IMG/VR virus record: IMGVR_UViG_3300034069_001154
Span: 87 to 64,086 of that record
DNA from: a virus
Strand: one strand, 5' to 3'
DNA length: 64,000 nucleotides
In this document: in pieces, positions 46,544 to 56,743 of the stretch
Numbering within the stretch: the first letter of the stretch is position 1
Layout: each line of letters starts with the position of its first letter
Notes under the pieces: generated by a model
Database searches by the model: none
Told to the model about the DNA's origin: nothing
What the model saw: only the letters and a program-made list of their open reading frames with translations
Position numbers and translations under genes: made by a program

Positions 46544-46666
46544 TAATTACATAGTATAATGTGCAATATATAATGTAATAAATCTTATAAAATCCTGCAC
46601 AAAAAATTAAAGGGATATAAGATATTATATGTATATTATATGGGTAATTACATACTATAATGTGCA
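46544..46666. repeat. 22-bp direct repeat pair in a very AT-rich tract
   Basis: TAATTACATAGTATAATGTGCA (46544-46565) and TAATTACATACTATAATGTGCA (46645-46666). Confidence 0.7.
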
Positions 46667-46821
46667 TTTTTGTAGTTTCGAAGAAATAGAAGACTTATTA
46701 TTGAGAACATAGCTTCAGCACTATGGGACGACAGTATGGAGTCTCATGTGTGCGAAGCTTAGCTTGGGGTGAAAGCCCAAGTTAGAAGAGAGAGTATAAC
46801 TAAATTAAAATTATTAATAAT

Positions 46822-48846
46822 ATGAATGTAATTAAGATTGACGTACCTGCAGGATGTAGGTACGTATCAGAAATTGAGGGATTCAAGATTTACGATTTTC
46901 CGCACATCTTGAATAAACAAATCCCTGGTTGCGGATTTACGGAGTACTGTATTGATCCTCTCAAGAACAGTGAGAATGTTGTCTTATGTAGTCCTAGGAA
47001 GATCTTGCTACAAAATAAACATGGTCAACATCCAGACACAACTTACTTAGTGGTTAATGATTATGAAAGTGATCCAAGTACAGACAAGGATCTCACGAAG
47101 CAAGAGAAGTCTAAGTATGATCCGTATAAGGTGGTAGATCCAGAGAAAGTGCGGAAAGAGAAGAAGGACAAGGAGGATTTCTTCAAGCGATTAACAAAGG
47201 AGATAATCGGTTACATAACAGACTGCAGATTCAATAATAAGCCAGTTAAGATCCTGGTCACTTATGATTCATTCAGAATAGTAAAGGATATCATACAGCA
47301 CAATTTTAATGACATGGATTATAGGGTTGTGATTGATGAGTTTCAAAGTATCTTCACTGATAGTAAGTTTAAGTCCGACACAGAGCTTCAATTTGTTAAG
47401 TCAGTGCAAGGTATTCAAAAGGTATGTTATGTCAGTGCTACTCCTATGATGATAAAGTACCTAGAGATGTTAGAGGAATTCAAGAACCTCCCTTACTATG
47501 AGCTAGACTGGGAAGCACTTGAACCTGGTAGAGTTAGTAGGCCGACTCTGTACGTTAAAAATCTAGTATCGGTCTATACTGAGGTTAAGCCAATTATTAA
47601 GTCTTATCTGAAGGGGAAGTTTGAGTATAGGTATGTAAAGCAAGAAGATGGTAGTGTAGAAAAGATAGTATCAAAGGAAGCAGTATTTTATGTTAATTCA
47701 GTCAATAACATCACTAGTATTGTCAAAAGGGCAGGCCTAACTCCAGAACAAGTGAATATCCTCGTAGCTAATACTCCTGATAATGTTAATAAAATACATA
47801 AGAGACTCGGTAGAAAGTATGATATAGGTACAGTTCCTTTGAGAGATGAGCCAAGGAAGATGTTTACTTTTTGCACTAGAACTGTATATCTTGGAGCTGA
47901 CTTTTATAGTGATAACGCCCGATCTTTTGTGGTTAGTGATGCGAATATAGATACCCTGGCGGTTGATATTACGCTTGATCTCCCACAAATACTAGGGCGT
48001 CAAAGATTAAAAGAGAACCCTTGGAGGAATGAAGCAACTCTATTCTTTAGGCCTATCAAAGGTGCTAATAAGAAGCCAGAGGAAGAATTCAATAAAAAGA
48101 TAGCAAAGAAAACAGAGAAGACAAAGAGGTTATTAGGTGTATTTGATAAGAGTGATCCAAAAGAGCAGGAGGATTTATCTGAAGTTTTTCAAGAAAATGC
48201 TAAGTACGGGCATTATAAAAGGAACTATGTAGCTGTTAATAAAGTGTTCATAGCAGGGGGTGTCAAGTTGGTACCAGTCTTTAATAATCTCGTCAAGGTA
48301 TCTGAATTGAGGGCTTATGAAATGCAACAGACCGATTATGCTAACAGGTTTACAGTTTTCAGTGCGATCAAGAAAATAGGTACTGCAGACATTGATAACG
48401 AGGTTGTTAAAGAGGTACTGAATAAGATAGATTCAATAAAGGATAGGAGAGAAAAGTTTAAGTATCTCTGTGAACAATCAGAGCTTCCAGAGTTTAATAT
48501 TATCTTAGACAACTTATCTAATACGAGATTTAAGGAATACATAGATGCACTAGGTGTTGATAAGTGTAAGGCGATGAGTTACAAGTTCGGTGATATGGAT
48601 AAGAAGCTGAACGTAGAGAGCTTTGATAAGGATAAACTAAAAGAGGCAGTACAATCTAAGTTCGACCTTAACGTGTTTTATACAAATCCAGCTATAAAGT
48701 CAACACTATCAGAAGTATATAAGGATATTGATTACAGAGCTAAGGCAAAAGCTAACGATATTGAGAATTATTTTGAGTCCTCTTCCTGTATGATGACGAT
48801 TAATGGGAAGAGAATGCATGGTGTTAAATTAGTTAATAAAAAATAA
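46822..48846 (+). CDS. SF2 helicase-like protein with degenerate Walker A, paralog 2
   Basis: IPGCGFT, VIDEFQ, VSATP, FCTRTVYLGADF, QILGRQR; long blocks identical to 3682-5715. Confidence 0.7.
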   Translation: MNVIKIDVPAGCRYVSEIEGFKIYDFPHILNKQIPGCGFTEYCIDPLKNSENVVLCSPRKILLQNKHGQHPDTTYLVVNDYESDPSTDKDLTKQEKSKYDPYKVVDPEKVRKEKKDKEDFFKRLTKEIIGYITDCRFNNKPVKILVTYDSFRIVKDIIQHNFNDMDYRVVIDEFQSIFTDSKFKSDTELQFVKSVQGIQKVCYVSATPMMIKYLEMLEEFKNLPYYELDWEALEPGRVSRPTLYVKNLVSVYTEVKPIIKSYLKGKFEYRYVKQEDGSVEKIVSKEAVFYVNSVNNITSIVKRAGLTPEQVNILVANTPDNVNKIHKRLGRKYDIGTVPLRDEPRKMFTFCTRTVYLGADFYSDNARSFVVSDANIDTLAVDITLDLPQILGRQRLKENPWRNEATLFFRPIKGANKKPEEEFNKKIAKKTEKTKRLLGVFDKSDPKEQEDLSEVFQENAKYGHYKRNYVAVNKVFIAGGVKLVPVFNNLVKVSELRAYEMQQTDYANRFTVFSAIKKIGTADIDNEVVKEVLNKIDSIKDRREKFKYLCEQSELPEFNIILDNLSNTRFKEYIDALGVDKCKAMSYKFGDMDKKLNVESFDKDKLKEAVQSKFDLNVFYTNPAIKSTLSEVYKDIDYRAKAKANDIENYFESSSCMMTINGKRMHGVKLVNKK

Positions 48847-48851
48847 TAGAT

Positions 48852-49814
48852 ATGATCTACATAATTGAGATGTTGGCGACTAGGGACTTAAATGATCCTA
48901 TTCGTATTTTCAAGATTGGATATACTTGTTATTTTGATAGAAGGATGTCTGAGTATATGACTTGCAATGCATCTTTTATAGTATATAAGAAACTAGAAGG
49001 TGATGAGTTTGACATGACGTGTGAGAAAATGATTCATCGGTACATAAAGGATAAGAAGTATAATGGTAGACCTGAAATGTTTATTAAAGATGATGAATTA
49101 GTTGAGTTAATAGACAGGATCAACACTAGGGAGGATATACTAAGTCTTAAAGGTACTGCTAAGGTGAGTCATACAATGGTCAACAAGTACTTTGGTGAAT
49201 ATAGAGGAGTTATTACAAAGAACTGGGATCTTATTCAGACAGTGTTTAATAATGAGTCGAGGAATTTAGTACAGGAGATGTTAGAGTCGAGTGAGACAAA
49301 CTTATTCAGTTATGTAAAAGAAAATTATGGTATAGACCTAGTAGACTTTACAGATGAAGAAAAGAAAGTGGTCAGTGAGTTCTTGGGTCATCTCAGTACT
49401 ATAAAAGATAGAAGGGAAAAATTCAAATATCTCTGTAAACAATCTAACCACCCTAACTTTGATGCACTCTTAGACTGTGTACCCTATAAGAGATTCAAGG
49501 AGTATGTAGTTAGATTAGGAATTGATAAGTGTAAGGCAATGAGTTACAAATTTGGAGATATGGATAGAAAACTCAACATAACTGATTTTGACAGGGATAG
49601 ACTAAGACCTTTTATTTACAATATGTTTGATGTTGGAAAATCATATTCAAAGGCTGATATAAAAGCAACACTGGCTGGTCTATATAAGAGCATTGATTAT
49701 AGGGCAACTGCAAAGGCTAGTGATCTTAGAAATTACTTTGATATAAAATTGTGTATTTTCACAGGTGAGAGTGGAAAGAAGATAAATGGTTTTAAAATTT
49801 TATCTAAGAAGTGA
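48852..49814 (+). CDS. T5orf172/GIY-YIG-like nuclease fused to the C-terminal domain of the helicase-like proteins
   Basis: MIYIIEM..FKIGYT..RR..CEKMIH..GRPEMF N-terminus; last 145 or so aa match the C-terminus of 46822-48846. Confidence 0.65.
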   Translation: MIYIIEMLATRDLNDPIRIFKIGYTCYFDRRMSEYMTCNASFIVYKKLEGDEFDMTCEKMIHRYIKDKKYNGRPEMFIKDDELVELIDRINTREDILSLKGTAKVSHTMVNKYFGEYRGVITKNWDLIQTVFNNESRNLVQEMLESSETNLFSYVKENYGIDLVDFTDEEKKVVSEFLGHLSTIKDRREKFKYLCKQSNHPNFDALLDCVPYKRFKEYVVRLGIDKCKAMSYKFGDMDRKLNITDFDRDRLRPFIYNMFDVGKSYSKADIKATLAGLYKSIDYRATAKASDLRNYFDIKLCIFTGESGKKINGFKILSKK

Positions 49815-49970
49815 CGTCTAATATTATATTCTAGTCAGGTTTACTATTATGGTAAGCTTGGCTAGTTTTTCCTTTAGTTTCCTTATATGTGTAATAGAGA
49901 TGCCTGGGGGTCTCTGTTAAACAAGCTCCAGGAATGTATAATAATATAAACTTTTTTATTTTAAGATCTA

Positions 49971-52900
49971 ATGAACAGAAGAATTGTATTAGTAGATCAA
50001 GAAGAGACTCCGACCTATGCGCGTTATTATGGCTCAGGTTTTTCGGAGGTTTACACACTTCAGAGCCTGTATGGTATGAGTGAGGCTGAGCGTCTTGCTA
50101 AGTTATCATTAGGTGAATCTGACGGTGTATTAATTGTTGGTGGTAAGCCTTTTAAGTATTTGAAGTCTTACTATCATTTTGGTGTAAGAAATGAGACTTA
50201 TACTGATTGTGCTATGTTACCTCGTCTTAGTATGGAGGGAGGTGCATTTTCAAAGGTAGTAGTAGAGTATCCAAGCCAAGAGGACATTGATTATTTCTTA
50301 AGTCCTGAGTTTGTGAGGCCTGTTAGTTTTTCAGGTTTCCAGCACAAGATTATTCATGATTATCAAGGTGCACTTAGGTTTCTTGAGTACTTAGATAGTC
50401 TTCCTCTTGAGCAGCACTATGGAATGGACTATGAGGCGAGTGGTATGCCGTTAGATAAGCAGTTCTGGTTAAGTGGTGTTGCGATTTGTACGGAGAGATT
50501 TGGCGGTTTTATTAGTCTTACTGATATTCGCCATTCTTTTCCAGAGGGTTCACCAGAGTATAGTAATCTTTTAAAGTTACTGGGTGAATTTTTCAAGAAG
50601 AGGATGGATCATATTTGGACTTACAATATGCAGTATGAGTGGCAGGTAAGTCATAGGGTACTTGGTGTTGACTTATATAATCTTTGTGATGCTAGTGCTG
50701 TTAATGTAATGGATGGGTTTCACCTTAAGAAATTTTCTCTTAAGTGGACAGCTCAGAGAGTCCTAGGCGTGAATGTATGGGATAGTGAGTTTGACAGAAT
50801 TAGTGAGCTCATAGATTCAGGCTTATATGAGATAGTTGGTAAGCTTAAGAAGGATCAACGTAAGGTATTCAAGGTAGATAGGTCAAGCTTTTACAATACG
50901 CCTGAGTGGAAAGAGCTTAGTAAGAGATATCCAGACTACATAGGGGAGTTCAATAATCTTATGTTAGAGTATTGGGGTTATCCTTTTATGTGTGTGCCTA
51001 GTGAAATTCTTGGCCATTATTGTTGTCTTGACTCATTCTATACTCTCCTTATTGCAATGTCTAGGTTTGATACTTATTCAGAGGATTGTTGGAAGGTAAA
51101 CTTAGACAACATTAGGCTTGGTGCTAGGTTAATGGGTAGTGGTCTTTATATTGATGAGCCATTCAGACAGTCCTATGAAAAGTACTGTCATGAGCAAATG
51201 GCCTGGAGTATTACATATTGTGCTCAGGCTAGGTGTTATATTAAGATGCAGGCTCATTCAAAACAGGCGGCATCATTAAAGCGTTATCATCCTGTGGCAG
51301 TTAAACTACTAGAACAGGGTAAGTTTCATAATGGAGATACGGTAGAGATAGTAAAGGACCTGCTACTTGAGAACTTAGACAGTATGGATTCTTATAGTAC
51401 TGGCCTGAATGAGGGTGGTATTTTGATTAAGTATGGTCCTAAGTTTGCAAATGGTTTCTTAGATATTGTCAGGGGTGCGATGTCTGAGGTAAAGATGGCG
51501 ACAAAGATAGATGAGACAGTTAAGAGAAAGAAAAAATTAGTAGGTCTCATTGCCGATAAGTTTAGTGATCTTGTTGGTATTAAGTCGCTTGAATTAGACC
51601 CCGCGAAACACCCAACGAAATTCAGGAAGCATGTAGAGCTGGAGAAATATTTGTACTATAAGAAGGCGTATGCAGAATTAGAGAAGGTGAAGAAGCAGTT
51701 AAGTGATATTCATAATGTGCCGGATACTATCTATGCATTTGGTGAGAAGCGTCCGTTGGTAGAATATGCGGGGTATGTTAGCGACAATTATTTCAAGTGT
51801 AAATCGCCAATTGAGAATGATCAGATTGCATTTGAACTAGCTACCTTGTATAGACCTCAGACATGTTACTTAGCGGCTATGATAGAAAGTACCCAACAAC
51901 TAGAGGGAACAGATAAGTTTTACAGTGATCGAGGCATTACTGACATTAACGTTGGGTATAATGAATTTTTTGAACAGTGGCGGTCATTTGTTGAGAAAGA
52001 TCCAGGGGTAAGTTTTAAGTATCCAGATAAGGTATTTAATATTGCGCTTACATCTTGGCAGGCTACTAAGAAACTTGATAATATGACTGACGGTGTTAAG
52101 GAGATATGGACAAACTTGAGAGGATTTCAAGCGCAGACAACATATTTCCCGACTCTCAATGAACAATATACTGGTTATGAAGAGCATTTTGAACCTACTG
52201 ACATGGATGATGATTTTTACTTCATGCGGAAAATGGTATTGAATTACTTAATATTCAAGAAGTATTCAAAACTAGATTCAACATATGTAGGCTCAGATGG
52301 TATGTTTCATAAGACTGGTAAGTGGGTAATAGAGGGTCAAGATCATATACCAATTAGGGAAGCGGACGAGAATGAACCTGGTGCTGTCTGGAAAGTATTT
52401 ACAAAATATGAAGTACTGAGTAAGAGTAGTAAAAGGTGGTCAAGTCCTTTTCACACTATGAGAAATTGTAGCCTTAGGTAGTAATACTTAAGTGAAAAGG
52501 CTGTGAACTAGTAAAATGCTAGGTGTGAGAATGTAGGAATTCTTGCTAACGAGGGAGGCTAAGTTATGAGAGTAATATGCTAATCTCGTGCCAAGTCTAA
52601 GTAGGGTAACCGCTTAGAAAGGTGTAACGACTATCCTGTTGTGGGGAGTAGGGGTCAAGTGAAATTCTTGGCTTCGAAGTGCAGCCTGTCCAGTAATGGA
52701 TAATGAAATAGTCTTGCCTTATTGAAAAATAAAGGAATAACAGAATTAGCCATGGAGATTGTAAGGATGTATTATGTCCTCCGCCTTCATGGGACTCTAA
52801 TGGTAATATAATATATGGAGGTTCTTCACAAATTTTGACTTATTTTGATATAAGTTCGGCGGAGGTAAAATCAGCGGGGTATTCCAGTGGTGACCCTAAG

Positions 52901-54109
52901 TTGATAGCAAAATTTGAGGAAGGATCTGACATCTACATATATTCTGCGAAGCTCTACTTAGGTGAGAGTGAGTGGGATAACTTAAGCGATAAGATGAAGA
53001 AGAAATGGAGGAAGCGTTTTAAGACTATCTTCCTTGGTGTCTTGTATGGCCTAGGTAAGAATTCATTAGCGGAGCGACTTGAATGTAGTCTGAATGAGGC
53101 TGATGATATTATACAAGGTCTTTACAATTCATTCCCAAAGCTTAGAGAGTATGTAGCAAAGCAAGGTTCTTATCCAATGACTCACGATGGTTATATCAAT
53201 ACATTCTTAGGAGATAAACTAAGATTGATTGAGTATACTGATTACCTACCAAAGGCAACAACAGATCGTGAGAGAGGAAATATTATTGCAAGAATAGAAA
53301 GACTAGGTACCAACTTGCCAATTCAGGGAGGTACAAGTTCAATTATGGCCTGTGGTTTCTATAATAACATTAGAAAATCACTAGAAGAAGGTTGGAAACA
53401 GCCACTTCAGCCAATTATCGTGGTGCATTGACAGAATGGTGCACGTTAAACCTACTAAATTGCTGGGACGTCTTGTTAAGCTGTTAGTACTTAGTGTAAT
53501 AACCTAACAGATAGAGATAATCAGCAGTGAGTGTAATAGCTCATTCAACGACTATCGAAAGGAACAGATCATGTTAACCGAGTAGAGTAGAGTATAAACG
53601 TTTGATATTCGAAACAGTAGGCAGTATAAGAACTGAAGATATAGTCTGGTCTAGCTCGAGAGGGTTAGCAGTGGGGTTTTATCTCACGGCTTAGGTGTAG
53701 TGAACCTAGGTGAACAATTACGGATTCTAATACTAACTATATACCAGTTGAGAAGGTATTTGAGATTAGAAGATTTTACGATAAGAACTATACGGATTTC
53801 TGTGCAACAATAGGTCCAAAGATTAGATTACTTTTTGACTTGCTAGTGGGTTATAGTTATGAGGAGGCGAACGAACTTAAGACAATTGATGAGAATACGA
53901 TTGAGTTTAAGGGAAGTGCGAAGTCTATCTTAAAGCTGTATGACAAGATTATGAATTGTCCACTAGATGTTGAGTGCGATACCAGCAGAGATGATATTGT
54001 GGGGGCTCAAAAGTTAGTAAGCAGCCCATACTATAGATTCATTATCGAGGGCGGTTGTAATATGTCAAAAGATTTAAGCAAGATAAAGGTTAGATTCCAC
54101 AAGAAGTAA
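49971..54109 (+). CDS. polA: family A DNA polymerase with 3'-5' exonuclease; exons 49971-52459, 52744-53428, 53723-54109 (spliced 1186 aa)
   Basis: ExoI MDYEASG, ExoIII HYCCLD; motif A YFDISSAE, motif B RKRFKTIFLGVLYG; motif C VH|DS restored only after splicing; exons sum to 3561 nt, in frame. Confidence 0.92.
52460..52743 (+). ncRNA. group I intron 1 in polA (284 nt, no ORF)
   Basis: 5' exon ends in U with a U.G pair in P1 (CUAU|GA-GAAA-UUGUAG); R GTAACGACTA, S GAAATAGTCT; terminal G; splicing gives RWSSPFHT-I-ISHGD. Confidence 0.85.
53429..53722 (+). ncRNA. group I intron 2 in polA (294 nt, no ORF)
   Basis: P1 GTGCAT/GTGCAC with U.G at the splice site; P AAATTGCTGGGA, Q AATCAGCAG, R TTCAACGACTA, S AAGATATAGTCT; P10 AGAAT/ATTCT; terminal G. 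Confidence 0.92.
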
Positions 54110-54193
54110 TTATTTAGGCTGGGTACTAGGGTTTAATGCTCTGGTACCTAGTTATTTTAGCAGACCAGTGGCGTCAATACCTTATATGTGTAA

Positions 54194-54793
54194 ATGAAAA
54201 AACATAATATGGAAAGCAGGTTATTAAGTGAATTTAAAAAAGGAAGTAAATGGTACATGGTTGAGGGTGGCCAGTTTGATGAATTTAGTCCTCGTATTGT
54301 TAATGTAGTGATTGGTGATACGGTTGAGGAGGATGCAGTAAAACGTACACTCAAACTTCAGGTACTAGATGAAAAAGGAGGATTGGTTGGAAAGATTAGG
54401 TTCCAAGACAAAGAAGATAATGGTGAATATAGTACTTCTGATTTTCCGCTCTGTTCTATTAATCCTGGAAACTTACCTGGCAGATTTAGGAGGTACTATG
54501 ATTTTAACCTATTCAGTACTATCGAACCTGCATTGGAAGAAGTTGAGAAGAGAATTACCGACATTAAGGAAAAACTCAGCAAGGTAAGGAATAGGATGTT
54601 AGAACTTGGTACAGAGGAGACAAGACTTGAGGAATTGCTTTGTACCAGAATCCTAGTGACTGATAAGGGAAATTACTGTACCTATCAAGATGCTAAGACA
54701 GGGAAGAGAATTAACTTAAGTAGTGGGTGTTACTATAAGGTTGGCACTATACTGTACTTATATGATGGATTCAAGCTCAACAAAGTACTATGA
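54194..54793 (+). CDS. hypothetical protein
   Basis: Tandem paralog of 54790-55212 (Y.VEGG..D.FSP.I). Confidence 0.7.
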   Translation: MKKHNMESRLLSEFKKGSKWYMVEGGQFDEFSPRIVNVVIGDTVEEDAVKRTLKLQVLDEKGGLVGKIRFQDKEDNGEYSTSDFPLCSINPGNLPGRFRRYYDFNLFSTIEPALEEVEKRITDIKEKLSKVRNRMLELGTEETRLEELLCTRILVTDKGNYCTYQDAKTGKRINLSSGCYYKVGTILYLYDGFKLNKVL

Positions 54794-55212
54794 TAGACCA
54801 TATATACGATGATGAATACTTTGAGGGAAAAACTCTTTACTTAGTAGAGGGAGGAGTACATGATAATTTTAGCCCAAAGATTAGACAGGTTAAGGTTGGA
54901 CTATTCTTTTTAAGTCCAGTTGCTAATAAAGGCAGGTGTGAGAAGTTCTATCCTATTCTCAGCGCGGATGGTAATTTAGTATGTAATGTCTGTTTTACTA
55001 GGGTGGATAATAACCCTTACTATCAAAGACTTAGGTTCATGTCTGTCTTACCTGGTAACATAGACAAGAAGTTCTACGCTAGATATAACCTCTTCGATAA
55101 CTTAAAAGATGCTGGAGAGGAAGTATGGAAGAGAAAGAGCGAAGTACAGAAAAGAATTATGAACCTACAAACCTCTATTTCAGAACTAGAGAGGTTAACT
55201 AGGATGATATAG
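54790..55212 (+). CDS. hypothetical protein
   Basis: Paralog of 54194-54793. Confidence 0.7.
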   Translation: MIDHIYDDEYFEGKTLYLVEGGVHDNFSPKIRQVKVGLFFLSPVANKGRCEKFYPILSADGNLVCNVCFTRVDNNPYYQRLRFMSVLPGNIDKKFYARYNLFDNLKDAGEEVWKRKSEVQKRIMNLQTSISELERLTRMI

Positions 55213-55233
55213 TATTAAACCAAAATAACAATT

Positions 55234-55767
55234 ATGTACAAGACATTTAATTTTAACTTACTAAGAAGAAATTTTTGTGGCAATATTAGCTGCAAGAAGA
55301 GTAATGATGTAAGGTGGGGTATTAAGTTTGAATATTGGAAGGGTAAGCCAAAGAAACTGGTATGGCTCAGAAAATTTGAGATCAGCCTCTATAAGTTTCA
55401 CCTACTATCTAACCTCTATAGAAATTCAGAGGAGCGAGAAAAGGAAGAGAATAAGCTTAAGATCATGATATACAATACAGAGACAGTGGTACATAATGGT
55501 CTTGACTCTATTATATCTTTTCGTATTCCTTGTCCTTGTAGAAAATCAGTAGAGGCATTACGACAGGACTTAGATATGATAGGTAAGAAACTAAGAGACT
55601 CTGCCAATAAACCGGTAATCAGAAAGGAACTAATGAAAGAGTATCAAGAAACAAGGACCTACTTAGATCATAAGGAGGGCAGATTATTAGGTAGTTGGCT
55701 CTTTGAGGGAACACTTAGACAGGCACTTCAAGAATTTCCAGATATTATTAGACTATGTACGAAATAG
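55234..55767 (+). CDS. hypothetical protein
   Basis: 177 aa basic ORF in the operon. Confidence 0.65.
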   Translation: MYKTFNFNLLRRNFCGNISCKKSNDVRWGIKFEYWKGKPKKLVWLRKFEISLYKFHLLSNLYRNSEEREKEENKLKIMIYNTETVVHNGLDSIISFRIPCPCRKSVEALRQDLDMIGKKLRDSANKPVIRKELMKEYQETRTYLDHKEGRLLGSWLFEGTLRQALQEFPDIIRLCTK

Positions 55768-55958
55768 AGGATGTAATTGTTAGTACAGAGAAGCAGGAGA
55801 ATGGAGTCTTACTTACCTTCTCTATGTACGGTAGGACGCTTGGTACGGAGATGATATCAACTACACAGGCTAAGTTATTAAGAGATAGTTTAACAAAAAT
55901 ACTAGAAGACGATGGAATTGAAAGAGATGATCAAGAAGAGACAGGTGAGCAATTTTGA
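55755..55958 (+). CDS. small hypothetical protein
   Basis: 67 aa, overlaps neighbours in operon fashion. Confidence 0.55.
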   Translation: MYEIEDVIVSTEKQENGVLLTFSMYGRTLGTEMISTTQAKLLRDSLTKILEDDGIERDDQEETGEQF

Positions 55959-56124
55959 GATAATTAATAAGATTGTCATGTACCTCACTAAGTATCCAGA
56001 CACAAGATTTCACCAGGCCTTAATCAACTTGGGGGTAACTGAAGTAGGAAGAGATCAGTTCTATGAGGAAAGTGTTACTACCTTAGAAAGAATGATAGAA
56101 GATGAGAATTCTAGGAAGTCATAA
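55912..56124 (+). CDS. small hypothetical protein
   Basis: YLTKYPDTRFHQAL..DQFYEES resembles a recurrent phage small-protein pattern. Confidence 0.6.
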   Translation: MELKEMIKKRQVSNFEIINKIVMYLTKYPDTRFHQALINLGVTEVGRDQFYEESVTTLERMIEDENSRKS

Positions 56125-56743
56125 TTCACTTTCCTACTTAAGACCTAGTTCTATCCTGTTGTGGCCCTTTCATTTCACTGCTAGATGTCAAGGCGTGGAT
56201 ATTAGGGCGCAATATAGGCTAGGTGTAAGGGTATTTGATATCAGGCTGTGGTTTGATAAGAATGGTAAGCCCCTAGTAAGACATGGGTGGATGACTTTTA
56301 AGTGTAGTGTTGAAAAGCTGAGTGGTATATTAGGCTGGTTAAATGAGAAAGGTGATGCTAGTGTGAGATTAATCCTAGAAACACCGCCCTTCTTGTTTAC
56401 GCCTGATCCACTAGCAGTAATGACAGAGAAGAAGTTTTATTTTCTTACATTCTGCACTACCCTGATCAATACATTCAGGCAGATTAAGTTCTTTGGGTTC
56501 CGTGATAAGAAAACGTGGAAAAAAATACTTGATGACAGAATTAATGATGAACCAATTCTGATAGATAGGTATAGTAGCACCACGTCTATATTCACGGGAA
56601 AACCATTAGAGACTAGTGGATGGAGAAGATGGGTTGGATTTATTGACGACCTATTCCCTTGGTTATTTGCTAGGCTGTGGAATAAGAAGATTAGAGAGGA
56701 AGTAGAGGGTGATATACTGTTTTTAGATTTTGTGGAGCTATGA
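56102..56743 (+). CDS. PI-PLC X-domain-like phosphodiesterase
   Basis: LGSHNS, CQ..DIRAQYRLGVRVFDIRL, VRHG; C-terminal ILFLDFV. Confidence 0.75.
   Translation: MRILGSHNSLSYLRPSSILLWPFHFTARCQGVDIRAQYRLGVRVFDIRLWFDKNGKPLVRHGWMTFKCSVEKLSGILGWLNEKGDASVRLILETPPFLFTPDPLAVMTEKKFYFLTFCTTLINTFRQIKFFGFRDKKTWKKILDDRINDEPILIDRYSSTTSIFTGKPLETSGWRRWVGFIDDLFPWLFARLWNKKIREEVEGDILFLDFVEL

Noticed and set aside
49831-50058. 75 aa minus-strand ORF
   Set aside because: Overlaps the polA promoter and start, and the terminator of the upstream gene
49971-50300. Uracil-DNA glycosylase-like domain at the PolA N-terminus (as in SPO1-type polymerases)
   Set aside because: Only a weak GVLIVGGKPF resemblance; needs a profile search
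52835-53431. Separate 198 aa and 89 aa (53840-54109) polymerase-fragment genes, or an intein
   Set aside because: The interruptions contain stops and have group I intron hallmarks; they are exons of one polA
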